A stretch of 64,000 nt of DNA from an uncultured Spirochaetota bacterium (lineage in GTDB: Bacteria > Spirochaetota > Spirochaetia > SZUA-6 > Fen-1364): positions 1,152,001 through 1,216,000 of the forward strand of contig CAWAHW010000002.1 in assembly GCA_963781885.1 (NCBI GenBank), in the 5' to 3' direction. Positions within the stretch are counted from its first letter, which is position 1; each line of letters begins with the position of its first letter. Positions 51,832 to 61,957 of the stretch are shown here, piece after piece. A program made the translations under genes and the position numbers. Under the pieces are notes generated by a model that saw only the letters and a program-made list of their open reading frames with translations, made no database searches and was not told where the DNA came from.

Positions 51832-53824
51832 ATGAGCGGACAATCGGGCACTTCCCCTGGAGAGGCGGCTCCGTGGTTTGAGACGCCTCCGAAGGGAGTG
51901 GAAATCGAGGACGCGTACTGGTCGCCGCGGCTCGAGCTGAATCGGAAGCGCGCGATCCTCTACCAATGGGAGCAATACCAGCGTTACGGGACCATCGACA
52001 ATTTCCGCATACTTGCGGGCACGAAGAAAGGCGAGCGGCGCGGATTTTTCTACGCCGACTCCGACCTCCATAAATGGGCCGACGCTGCCAGCCGCATCCT
52101 GCGCGCAGGGCCAGACACGTCCATCGAAGGCCTTCTCCGAGAATATGTGACGCTCATGGCCAGTTGCCAGGAGCCCGACGGGTACCTCTTCACGTACAAC
52201 CAGCTCCACTTCCCCGGCACACGATGGAAGAATCTCCAGATCGAGCACGAGCTCTATTGCCACGGCCATTTCATCGAGGCGGGAGTTTCGCACTTCGAAG
52301 CGACGGGCCGGCGCGATCTCATCGACCTGGCCGAGAAATCGGCCCGGCTCATCGTGCGCGAGTTCAAGGACGCCGGGCCGGAGAGAACGAGCGGTCATGA
52401 AGAGGTCGAGATTGCGCTGCTTCGACTCTACGGGATCGCGGGCGACGTCGAGTACCTGGAAACGGCGCGGAACCTGCTTGAGCGGCGGGGCAGGATCAAG
52501 GGATTCGGCGCGAAGCTCCTGCGGCAGGTGCTCTCCCAGGTGGCGCGATCCAAAGCCGCCGACCGGCAGAAGTCGGAGAAGGGCCAGCTCGGCTTCGAAA
52601 TGGGAGAGAACCTCACGAAGCGCGAGCCTCCCTTCCTTCTGCTGAGAGCCCTGCCATGCTTCCTGAGCGGCGCTTACCAGCAACAGGATCGACCGATGAG
52701 GAAGCAGATCGAGCCAAAAGGCCATGCGGTCCGCTGGACCTATCTGATGGCCGCTGCCGCCAGGCTCCACCGCGAAAGTCCCGACGCGAGCCTCCTCCAC
52801 TGGATGCGTTCGGCCTGGGATCGTCTGGTCGAGGAAAAGATGTACGTCACGGGCGGCATCGGCTCGCTTCCAATCCTGGAGGGTTTCGGCCGTCCCTTCG
52901 AGCTCGACAACCGCTACTCGTATTCAGAGACATGCGCCGCGATCGGGAGCATCCTGTGGAATCGGGAGCTTTCCCTTGCGACCGGCGAGGCGCGCTATGC
53001 CGACCTCATTGAGTGGCAGCTGCAAAATGCGGCCTCCGTCGGCATCGCGCTTTCCGGCGATCGCTATTTCTATCGCAATCCACTCTCCGCCGATGGAGAG
53101 CTCGAGCGGCGCCCCTGGTACGCGACCGCCTGCTGCCCCTCGAATATCTCCCGGCTCTGGGCAGAGGTGCCGCGTCTCATCTTTGCGCGCAGTGAGGGCC
53201 TGATCCGCATCGATCAATACATCGGCTCCAGCGCGCGCTTCGATGCCGATGTCTCGGTCCGCATGAAGTCAGCGCTGCCCTGGGAGGGACTCGTCAGGAT
53301 CGAGGTTGAAAGCGCATCGCCGATCACCGTTCTCCTCCGCATGCCCTGCTGGGCCGGCAAGGCCAAAATGACGCTGAGAGGTACCTCACCGCGAACAATC
53401 GAGCGTCTGGTCGAGCAGCGCTTTGGCAAGGCACGTTTTGATCGCGCTGAATACCTGGCCTGTGAGCTCGGATCAGGGAAAAGCGAAATCTCGCTCGATT
53501 TCTCCATGGAGATCTCTCTGCTGAGGGCGCATCCTCTGGTGCGAGCCGATGTCGGCCGGGTTGTAGTCACGCGCGGCCCTCTGGTCTACTGCGCGGAAAC
53601 GGTTGACAACCCGGGGCTGGACCTCGACGCGGTCTCGCTCGACGCCGCATCACTACATTACAGATGGGCCGAGGGACTCTTCGGCGTCGGCTGTGGGACG
53701 ATATCGGGCAGTACCAGTGAAGGCCTTCCCCTCAGCGTTCATCCCGTACGCTTTTTGGGGAAATCGGGGGCCCGGTTCGATGCGAGTTTGGATTCGACGC
53801 TCAACTAAAATGGTCCGAACTTGA
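51832..53824 (+). CDS. GH127-family (beta-L-arabinofuranosidase-like) glycoside hydrolase (frameshift near 53735)
   Basis: 'HELYCHGH', 'GHEEVE', 'GHAVR', 'ETCAAIG', 'CCPSN'; the conserved tail 'IPYAFWGNRGPGSMRVW' is in the next frame. Confidence 0.88.
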
Positions 53825-55280
53825 CCGCCACCGCCAGCGCCATGAAGGCGAAGCAGATGAGGACCGTGATCGCCTGGAGGGGCAGGGTCCAGCGCACCCA
53901 CTTCGGGTAGCTCACGATGGTGAGGCCAAGGCAGATCATGAGGAACGGATTCGTCGGATAGAGGATGTTGGCGAAGCCGTCGCCGTTGTCGAAAGCGAAG
54001 ACGACCGTCTGACGCGTGAGACCGACCAGGTCGGCAAGGGGCGCGAGGATCGGGATGATGAGAAAGGCCTTTGCCGACGCCGACGGAATGAAGAACTCGA
54101 ACACAAGCGTGATCAGGTAGACGAAGGCGACGGCGGCGTATGGGCCGACGCCGCTTATCTTGCTTGCCGCCGCAAAGAGAATCGTGTCGAGGATGCCGCC
54201 CTTCGTGATGATGAGCTTCACGCTCATGGCCATGAGGATCATGACGATGGCCGGGAGGATGGACCGCATGCCGATCAGGAAGCAGCGGCCAAGGGCTTTG
54301 CCCTTTTCCCCGGCGACAAGCGCCGCTCCGTTGCACGCGATGACGAAAAAAAGGCCCATGATCGGAAAGGCGAAAGACGAGATTGCCGTGATGCGGGTCG
54401 CGGCAAGGATGAAGAGGATCGCCGCGAGGAACCAGAGGCCGAGCCATCTGACCGCGGCGCGCATCCGGGGCTGGGACGCCATCTCGTCGCTGGCAACCGC
54501 ACCGGAGACGTCGATGGAGGCGCGCAGACGAAGGTCCTCCTCCCGGACGATGGAACGGGACGGATCGCGCTCCACCTTGCGGGCATGACGGCGGACAAAG
54601 AGAAACACCAGGGCGAACATGGTGATGAAGAAAATCGCCCGCAGCCACAGGCCCGAATAGAGCGGAAGACCGGACAGCGATTGCGCGATGGTCACCATGA
54701 AGGGGTCCATCGTCGCCGCGGCGAAGCCGAATCCGAGAGAGAGCAGGCTCATGCCGAGCCCGGTGAGGCTGTCCCATCCAAGATAGAGCGCAAGCGGCAC
54801 GATGAAGACGACCAGCGGGGCCGCCTCCTCGTAGATGCCCAGGACGGAGGAGGCGATCATGAAGAAGAAGATGATCGCCGCCATGAGCACGTACTTGTTC
54901 TTCCGGAAGCGCGCCACGATCATGGAAAGGGCGACCTTCAGGATGCCGCCCTTGTCCAGGACGGTGAATGAGCCGCCGATGAGGACGAGCAGGATGATGA
55001 TCGTGATGACCTGTACGTTGCCCGGGAGACCACAGGACCTCCACGGGCGCGGTGAGCCACCGCCAGGGGGGATAGCTCGGTCGGGCGCCGTAGGCGAAGG
55101 TGCCGGGCACGACCCTGTCGACGCCGGCCTGCCACCGTATGGGTGTAGCTGCCCGGACGGAATCACGTAGGTGAGGATGCCCGAGCCGATCATCAGGGCG
55201 AGTATGATCGCGATCGTGGTGATGAAGGCACGCGCGCTGATCTGGATTGCTGCGCCGCTCCGCTTTGCCTGGTCGCTCAT
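53805..55280 (-). CDS. YfcC/DcuC-family membrane transporter (local frameshifts at about 55030-55150)
   Basis: 'LTYVIPSG', 'FFIPSASAKA', 'PILAPLADLVG', 'GDGFAN...PT'; loop 'PWRWLTAPVEVL' is in another frame. Confidence 0.82.
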   Translation of the reverse strand: MSDQAKRSGAAIQISARAFITTIAIILALMIGSGILTYVIPSGQLHPYGGRPASTGSCPAPSPTAPDRAIPPGGGSPRPWRSCGLPGNVQVITIIILLVLIGGSFTVLDKGGILKVALSMIVARFRKNKYVLMAAIIFFFMIASSVLGIYEEAAPLVVFIVPLALYLGWDSLTGLGMSLLSLGFGFAAATMDPFMVTIAQSLSGLPLYSGLWLRAIFFITMFALVFLFVRRHARKVERDPSRSIVREEDLRLRASIDVSGAVASDEMASQPRMRAAVRWLGLWFLAAILFILAATRITAISSFAFPIMGLFFVIACNGAALVAGEKGKALGRCFLIGMRSILPAIVMILMAMSVKLIITKGGILDTILFAAASKISGVGPYAAVAFVYLITLVFEFFIPSASAKAFLIIPILAPLADLVGLTRQTVVFAFDNGDGFANILYPTNPFLMICLGLTIVSYPKWVRWTLPLQAITVLICFAFMALAVAVKFGPF

Positions 55281-56500
55281 CTACCGGTACTCCTTCCACG
55301 CGTCCACAAAGTGCCGCACATTGCCCCGGACACGATCCGATGCGTCGTAGATGCCGTCCACCGGTGAGAGAATGAAGCCGTTGTCGGGTGCAAGCATCTC
55401 CATCGTGCTCTTCACCGTTCCGCGGATGAGCTCCGGCGTCCCCGCCTCCACGGTCATCGATCCGTTCACGCCGCCCCACAGGCACAGGCGGCCTTTTGCT
55501 TTCGCCTTCGTCGCGCGAAGATCGTAGCCTCCCTGGACCGGATCCACGCCGATCAGCGCGTCCACGCCCGCCTCGATTATCATGTCGAGCAGGGGCATTG
55601 CGCCCGCGGTCATGATGTAGCCGAACTTGACGCTGCGTGCGTGCGCGGCTTCCACCTCGCGCTTCAGGTGTGGAAGGATGAAGCGGCGATACAATGCGGG
55701 CGACCAGAAATCGCATCCCTCGTACCAGCCGCGGCGTATCCAAAGATCGATGCCTTCATCCAGCACGACCTTCATCCGGGCCAGATTCCAGTCCGCGATC
55801 ATGTGAAAGAGCTCTTCCACGAATGCGGGCCGATCGGCGGTGAGGAAGACGAGCTCCTGGAGACCGCAGAGCCATGCCGCCATGTCGGCCAGGACGCCCC
55901 ACTGGTAGACGCGCAGGAGGTCCTTTTCCCGGGCGATGCCCTGATTGGTTTCCGACGATAAGCGAAAATGCGCGACCGTCTCGGCATCCGGCGGCTGGAG
56001 GAGGTAGGCGAGCGCCTTCATGTCCGAAGGCTGGGTGACCAGCATTTTCGTGGCGCGCGCAATAATGAAGTCATCGACGAAAAGAAGGTGATCGCCGTAA
56101 GGCCAATCCTCCGTCTGGTTGGCGGAAACAGTGAGCGGCCCTCGCAGGAGTCAGGTATTCACGATGGAGAACGGGATACCTCGCGCCCGGGGCGCTCTCA
56201 CGCCATTCGCGGAGCGGTGACGTCGGGGTGGGCGTGCACCGGCATGCCGCGGAGGGTGACATTGACCTTGCCAGGATAGTCGAGCTGGTAGCCGCGCAGG
56301 TCACGGGGATCTCCCGGCCGGCTCACCGACCAGGAGGGAATGTCGACCAGAGGGTCGAGACCCATATCGGCCTGGGCGGAGACAAGGTTTGTCTCACCCG
56401 GATGCCACTCGTCGAGACCGTGCAGCAGCATGAAGCAGCAGGGCGCATAGTCCACCGGCTCGCAGGATAGGGCGTGCAGCATGCGCGCGCGTGATGACAT
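55281..56500 (-). CDS. Uroporphyrinogen decarboxylase/MtaA-like family protein (frameshifts near 56210 and 56145)
   Basis: 'MSSRARMLHAL..EPVDY.P', 'REYLTPA', 'WSPALYRRFILP', 'LWGGVN', 'GFILSP'. Confidence 0.78.
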
Positions 56501-56574
56501 GGACACTCGCCGTCTCCTCTCGTGTGAGGGGAGGGTATCGTCGAACAGGTGGAGAAGCAAGTGCCGGCGCGCGA

Positions 56575-57390
56575 TCAGATGCCCGGGACGTAGCCCTTTC
56601 CGAATCGCGCGGATCCCTCGTCGAGATAGCTGTCGCAGAGGGAGAACCAGGCGGTCGTGCCGCCGTCCACAACGATTGTCTGGCCGACGATGTACCGGGC
56701 GGCATCTGATGCCAGGAAGACGGCGGTCTTTGCGATATCGGCCGGCTGCCCGATAAACCCGGCGGGGATTTTCGCGCCCGCGGCCTTGCCGTCGAAATCG
56801 GGGATGAGCTTGTGGTAGTTTTCGACCTCCGTCGCACCGGGCGCGATGGCATTCACGCGGATGCCGCGCGGCGCAAGCTCGATGGCGAGCTCGCGCGTGA
56901 AGGAGACTATCGCGCCGCGCGTCCCCGCGTAGACGGAATGCTCGCGCCTGCCGCCGAAAGCGTGGATGGAGCTGATGTTGATGATGGAGGCGCCGCGCGC
57001 TTCCGTGAGCGCCGGCAGCAGCTCCTGCGTGAGAAAGAACGGCGCCCGCACATTCACCGCGTAGAGTGTTTCAAACTGCTCCGGTGTCACGAGCTCGAAG
57101 AGCCGGTTCATGGTGATGCCGGCATTGTTCACCAGGATGTCGATGCCGCCCAGGAAGGCAAGCGCCTCACGCGCCAGGCCGCGCACCTCATCCAGGCGCG
57201 TGAAGTCCGCGCGGAATGCCGCCGCGCGCCCGCCTTCCGCGGCGATCTCGGCCGCCGCTTCATCCGCACCTTCAGCGCTGTGGGAGTAGTGCAGGGCCAC
57301 GGCGGCTCCCGCGCGAGCGAACTCCCGGGCGATTCCCTTTCCGATGCCGGTGCCGGACCCCGTGACGAGCACGCGTTTGCCATTCATCAC
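56575..57390 (-). CDS. Short-chain dehydrogenase/reductase
   Basis: 'TGSGTGIG', 'NNAGI', 'NISS', 'YAGTRGA' (YxxxR variant), 'VDGG'. Confidence 0.92.
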   Translation of the reverse strand: MMNGKRVLVTGSGTGIGKGIAREFARAGAAVALHYSHSAEGADEAAAEIAAEGGRAAAFRADFTRLDEVRGLAREALAFLGGIDILVNNAGITMNRLFELVTPEQFETLYAVNVRAPFFLTQELLPALTEARGASIINISSIHAFGGRREHSVYAGTRGAIVSFTRELAIELAPRGIRVNAIAPGATEVENYHKLIPDFDGKAAGAKIPAGFIGQPADIAKTAVFLASDAARYIVGQTIVVDGGTTAWFSLCDSYLDEGSARFGKGYVPGI

Positions 57391-57822
57391 GTGAACCTCC
57401 TGATGGACCCCGATTGATTATCGGATTTTTCGCTCAGAGGTGCTCACCTTCGACGAGTTGTATCACCGTGAGCGGCGTTCCGATGATGCCGCGGACGCAT
57501 TCGGACCGCAGGAATGTTCCGTCGCCCGTCCGATACCAGCACACGGAGCGCCAGAGGAACGATACGAGCCCGGTGAGGCTCACGTCCAGTTTCTCCGCCT
57601 CATGGGTCCCGCACAAAGATACCGCGAAGCCCGGGCGTCGGACAGGAAAACCCAAGGGTGGGCGCGGCCCGCATATTCCGCGCGCCGCCAGGGGGGAAAT
57701 GCACTGACCTCACTGAAAATTAACGGACTCTTTATAGAGTGCTAACACTCGACCCGCACCGTCATACACGAGAGTCGTTAGGCTCTCTCCATTCATTTCG
57801 CGTGAAGAGATAGGAGGAATTG

Positions 57823-58869
57823 ATGAAGCGCTTCATAACCCTCGCGGTTGCGCTGGCGATTATGGTCGCGGCGGCCGCGTCCGTTGCTGCCCAGTCCACG
57901 CTCGAGATCGGCGGCTGGGGCTATTACACCGACGTGACGGGTGCCTACGCAAATGGTCTGCTCGATACTGCGGGCAACTCGGTCTTCAACGAAACGAAGG
58001 CGGGCGGGACCCAAACCGACAAGTACGCACCGACCGTCCAGCCCTATGCGAGCTACGTCTTCACCCAGAAGCTGGATACCATCAGCCTGAAGTACGGTCT
58101 GTACGCCGAAGACTGGCTTGGCCTCTACTCCGGCACGCTTGCTCCGTACGAGTTCCAGATGGCCGGCAAGGTGGAGCCGTCCGCCGAGCTTCTGATGGGC
58201 GGTCTCGATCTCAAGGCGAGCTTCCCGCTCGTGTTCTTCTCTCCACAGGATGCCAGCGGCATCAACGAGCTGAAGTACGCCTACAAGCCTTACAGCTACG
58301 GATACTTCAACGACTCGACGACACCCGACTACACGCAGAGTTTCTGGGTCGCCAACTATCTGAAGGCCACCTACAAGATCTCTTTCGACAAGACCACCGC
58401 GCTCGTTCTTGGCGCTGAGGGAGACATCGGCTTCACCCCCGTGTTCACCCTTTTCGACGTGAAGCCTCAGTTCAGCTTCATCCTCGGGCCCGCTCAGCTC
58501 GATGCGAAAGCGGCAATGTACTTCAACGACAACGCGGCCAACGGCGGCGCCAACGGCGCAAACGATCTCTATCTGTACATCGAGCCCAAGCTGACCGTTG
58601 ATTTCGGAAGCCTTGGCCTGAACGGCTTCAAGGCCTTCGTGGCAGGCCGCATTGCGACGTACACGACCGCAACCAAGTACACCGCCGCGGCGCCCTGGCA
58701 CGACACGTGGCTCAACCCCGGCGTGAGCTACAAGATCGGCGGGCTCTATTTCGAAGGCGACTTCAAGTGGAACAAGATCGGCTCCGACGCGGCAAGCGAC
58801 ACGAACGACAAGGGAGTCGTTCCCTACTTCGAACCCCAGCTGAAGGTCTCCTATACCCTGTCCTTCTAG
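57823..58869 (+). CDS. Hypothetical outer-membrane beta-barrel protein, probably abundant
   Basis: AGGAGG RBS; signal peptide; aromatic-rich beta strands; terminal 'YTLSF'; strong codon bias. Confidence 0.78.
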   Translation: MKRFITLAVALAIMVAAAASVAAQSTLEIGGWGYYTDVTGAYANGLLDTAGNSVFNETKAGGTQTDKYAPTVQPYASYVFTQKLDTISLKYGLYAEDWLGLYSGTLAPYEFQMAGKVEPSAELLMGGLDLKASFPLVFFSPQDASGINELKYAYKPYSYGYFNDSTTPDYTQSFWVANYLKATYKISFDKTTALVLGAEGDIGFTPVFTLFDVKPQFSFILGPAQLDAKAAMYFNDNAANGGANGANDLYLYIEPKLTVDFGSLGLNGFKAFVAGRIATYTTATKYTAAAPWHDTWLNPGVSYKIGGLYFEGDFKWNKIGSDAASDTNDKGVVPYFEPQLKVSYTLSF

Positions 58870-58882
58870 TTCCCCACAAAGG

Positions 58883-58912
58883 AAGGCGCCCTGCGAAAGC
58901 AGGGCGCCTTTT
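58883..58912 (+). terminator. Intrinsic terminator
   Basis: AAGGCGCCCTGC-GAAA-GCAGGGCGCCTT followed by TT. Confidence 0.8.
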
Positions 58913-59012
58913 GCGTATGGCGTGCGCCGTCCGGTTGAATGGATGTTTTGGCGGTCGACGGAATCGCCTCCGCGCTTCCCGTTTAAGCTCTGAGCCGGCG
59001 GCGCCCTTTCGG

Positions 59013-59978
59013 TCAGGCAGCCGGCTTTTTCAAGGGTCCTTTCTCCTGCCGCTCGTACCAGTCGCGCCAGATGATCCGGTAGATCGGGATCCATCGAGGC
59101 AGGTGTTTCAGTACGGGAATAAAAGGCGCGAATAAGAGAAGGAGGAAGAAGACGATCATCAGCGACCCGACTATCACGTCGGCGTTGGGAGCGGTCGTGA
59201 GAGGGGGGATCTGGTACCAGATCGCATACGGCCAGAGCCACCAGGGTCCCGGCAGGTTGCCCACCTCATGCGTGATGCCCCACTGCGTCCCCAGCATGTC
59301 GAAACCGTCGGCGACGTTCTGGTCGACGTCCTCCTGGAAGAAAAGCATCGCCTTTGTATTGTCCAGCGTGTACGGGAGCCTGTCATTGCTGGTGAGGGCG
59401 CCTTCCAGAAGCCCCGCGCGGCCCAGCGCGAGCATGCCCAGCATCATGACGGGCACGGGTCCATATTCTCCCGTTGGAACCTTGACCTGGCCGTTCGACT
59501 CCTCCGCCTTGTCCAGCGCGTCGCTGTACGCCTTGGCCCACGCCTTCTGCTGGTCCTCTTTCGCCGCGCCCCACACCTTCAGGGCTGCATCGACGTCCTT
59601 GTTGAGCATCGCCACCTTCTGCAACGGCGCAATGACGAGGTCCTGCTCCGCATCGAGCGGCATTGTAACGCCCAGCACGGTCGCAGGCCCCGGGCCCAGG
59701 ATGCGCTGGATGTTGTCGGTGTCCTTCGTGTAGGGGGGACCGTAGGTCTGCAGAGCACTCTCACCGGAAAGGAAGTCAGTGGCCGTTTTCAGGAAATCGA
59801 GCGGATGATTCGTCGCCACGTCTTCGCCGCGAACCGTTGGGGCGTCCGGTGATTTGAGGACAATGGCGAGCGCGACGACGACGACCGCCACGATTCCCAA
59901 AGCAATGAGGCCTTCCCGCACCAGGTCATACGGCTTCATCGGGACCCCGCTCAGGTATGCATCCGACCTGCGGCTCAT
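59013..59978 (-). CDS. Membrane-anchored protein coupled to cytochrome b (expanded subunit-IV-like)
   Basis: N-terminal TM helix; about 210-aa soluble domain; 'PGPWWLWPYAIWYQIPP'; TM helix 'LLLLFAPFIP'; ATGA overlap. Confidence 0.75.
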   Translation of the reverse strand: MSRRSDAYLSGVPMKPYDLVREGLIALGIVAVVVVALAIVLKSPDAPTVRGEDVATNHPLDFLKTATDFLSGESALQTYGPPYTKDTDNIQRILGPGPATVLGVTMPLDAEQDLVIAPLQKVAMLNKDVDAALKVWGAAKEDQQKAWAKAYSDALDKAEESNGQVKVPTGEYGPVPVMMLGMLALGRAGLLEGALTSNDRLPYTLDNTKAMLFFQEDVDQNVADGFDMLGTQWGITHEVGNLPGPWWLWPYAIWYQIPPLTTAPNADVIVGSLMIVFFLLLLFAPFIPVLKHLPRWIPIYRIIWRDWYERQEKGPLKKPAA

Positions 59979-60580
59979 TTTTTCACCTCCCCGCGGGCAG
60001 GGTAGGGTTTCACCGGCCCTTCATGCCGGATGAAAAGGATGTGGACCGCGACAAGGATGATGACGACAGCCGGGAAGACCGCCACGTGGAGAGTGAGGAC
60101 CTGGCCGTAGTTGGTGGTTGCGAAGAATCCCCCGACGCCCATGGCATTCATCGCATCCTTTGCCTCAACGGCGTGCCACTGGGAGGACCAGTTCGACGCC
60201 GACAGATAGCCGGTGAATCCGCTGAATATCGCCGCGCCAAGCGTGAGCACGCCGACCATCCAGGTCTTCCACCTGCCGTCGCGGAATGCGCCCAGGAAAT
60301 ACTTCGTCGCCAGGTGGAGCACCATGAAGCCGAAGAAGAGCTGGACGGACCAGAAGTGAAAGGAATTGAAGAGCTTGCCGGTGGCGCGGATGTGGTACCA
60401 CCCCGGGCCAAATATCGCCATGATCAGCCCGGTGAGAACGATCATGACCAGGGAGCAGAGGGTGAAGACGCCGAAAAGGTATGCGAGCGAATTGACGTAG
60501 ACGGGAAGCTTCGTCGGGAGGGCGTCGTCGAGCGTGAGCTTATCCTTCACGAAGCCCTGCATTCTCTCCGTGATGCTCAT
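59975..60580 (-). CDS. Cytochrome b N-terminal (b6-like) diheme protein
   Basis: Four TM helices; His pairs H-x13-H and H-x14-H; 'W..G', 'FTGYL'. Confidence 0.88.
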   Translation of the reverse strand: MSITERMQGFVKDKLTLDDALPTKLPVYVNSLAYLFGVFTLCSLVMIVLTGLIMAIFGPGWYHIRATGKLFNSFHFWSVQLFFGFMVLHLATKYFLGAFRDGRWKTWMVGVLTLGAAIFSGFTGYLSASNWSSQWHAVEAKDAMNAMGVGGFFATTNYGQVLTLHVAVFPAVVIILVAVHILFIRHEGPVKPYPARGEVKK

Positions 60581-60762
60581 TTCTTCCTCCCTTTCTGGCT
60601 CTCGCGGCCGCGCTCGATCCATTTCGGAAGGCGCGCCCACGCAGCGAGGAAAAAGACGGCGATCAGTATCGCCCCGATGATGACGTTCGGAATGGACCAA
60701 TCGAAGATGAGAAACCTGATGTGATGCACGGCAGGCACGAGCTGCGAACCGACTCCTTCCAT
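60577..60762 (-). CDS. Small single-TM protein (61 aa)
   Basis: AGGAGGTG RBS; hydrophobic core; ATGA overlap with the cytochrome b gene. Confidence 0.78.
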   Translation of the reverse strand: MEGVGSQLVPAVHHIRFLIFDWSIPNVIIGAILIAVFFLAAWARLPKWIERGRESQKGRKK

Positions 60763-61000
60763 CGATCACCTCCTGATCAGGATAAGGATTCGGATCCGTC
60801 TTGCGTCGCTCGAGCACGTCTCCGTGCGCCCGTGGGGAATCAGGCGGCTTCCACAGACCGCGGATCGCTCTCCAAACATAACGACGGCGGGCACGCCAGA
60901 GCAATGAAAATTCCTCCCCTGGCGCGAAAATTCTTGCTTCAACACGCCGCCGCTCTTATCTTCCAGTGAACCGGCCGTAGGCCGGGCAAGGAGGAGAGAG

Positions 61001-61363
61001 ATGCCGCGGACCATTCACTTCGAGATTCCCAGCGCCAATCCGGCGCGTGCAGTCGAGTTCTACAAGAAGGCGTTCGGCTGGAAGATCAAGCAGTGGGGCA
61101 AGGAGCCGTACTGGATGATCACGACCGGCAAGGCGCCGGAGCCGGGCATCGATGGCGCCATCATGCCGAAGAAAGACCTGAAGACAACCGTGAATACCGT
61201 CGGCGTGCCATCGGTGGACAAGGCGCTGAAGAAGATACTGGCGATCGGTGGGAAGGTGGTTCGGCCGAAGATCGCCATCCCCATGATGGGCTGGATCGCC
61301 TATTGCGCGGACCCGGACGGGAATGTGTTCGGCATCATCGAGATGGATGAGGCAGCGGGATAG
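61001..61363 (+). CDS. VOC/glyoxalase-family protein
   Basis: 'HFEI', 'FYKKAFGW', 'GIDGAI', 'DPDGNVFGI'. Confidence 0.9.
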   Translation: MPRTIHFEIPSANPARAVEFYKKAFGWKIKQWGKEPYWMITTGKAPEPGIDGAIMPKKDLKTTVNTVGVPSVDKALKKILAIGGKVVRPKIAIPMMGWIAYCADPDGNVFGIIEMDEAAG

Positions 61364-61384
61364 GCCGCAGGGCACGCGGCGGCG

Positions 61385-61408
61385 GGGGCGGACGCCCGCG
61401 TCCGCCCC
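61385..61408. terminator. GC-rich hairpin between convergent genes
   Basis: GGGGCGGACGC-CC-GCGTCCGCCCC; no U-tract. Confidence 0.5.
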
Positions 61409-61423
61409 GTACCGCGAGTCGGT

Positions 61424-61816
61424 TCAGCCCAGGATGCCTTCACCGTGCGTCAGGCGGTATCTCCCCGCGCCGATGAAGAACACGACGAGCGCAGCGAGAA
61501 AGTAGAAGGCCTCGACCTCGAGACCCCAGGCGCCCGAGCGCTGGAGGACGAAAGCGTTGCGGTGGGCAACCAGAAGCACCGCCATGATCATATTGAAAGC
61601 GACAACGAGCGACGCCAGACGCGACCAGAGCCCAAATATCAGGAAGACTGGTGCGACGACCTCACCGATGTAGACCCCATAGGCGACGAATCCCGGAAGA
61701 TGATAAGCCGCCAAAGCAGGGCCGAACGGAACCCCGTGGATGATCTTGGAGATTCCATGAAAAAGCAGAAGCCCGCCTATCATCAGGCGGAGCAATAACT
61801 TGCCGACGTCTTCCAT
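61424..61816 (-). CDS. DoxX-family membrane protein
   Basis: 'LLLRLMIGGLLLFHGISK', 'GEVVAP', 'GAGRY'. Confidence 0.9.
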   Translation of the reverse strand: MEDVGKLLLRLMIGGLLLFHGISKIIHGVPFGPALAAYHLPGFVAYGVYIGEVVAPVFLIFGLWSRLASLVVAFNMIMAVLLVAHRNAFVLQRSGAWGLEVEAFYFLAALVVFFIGAGRYRLTHGEGILG

Positions 61817-61957
61817 GCGTATTCCTCCTTGCATCTACCGCAAAGCTATGAGGCGGCCTTTCGAGCGTCAAGGTTTCGCGGAAATGATCTTTCAAGACGC
61901 GAAAGGGAAAAATCCGCGGTGGTGCGCCGCTGCCGCCCGGGCGCCAGGTCGTTGTTG

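Noticed and set aside
57434-57655. 73-aa minus-strand ORF upstream of the SDR gene
   Set aside because: No convincing RBS or family motif
57737-57745. GAGTGCTAA, the right half of a CIRCE element
   Set aside because: No TTAGCACTC left arm at 9-nt spacing, and the downstream gene is not a chaperone
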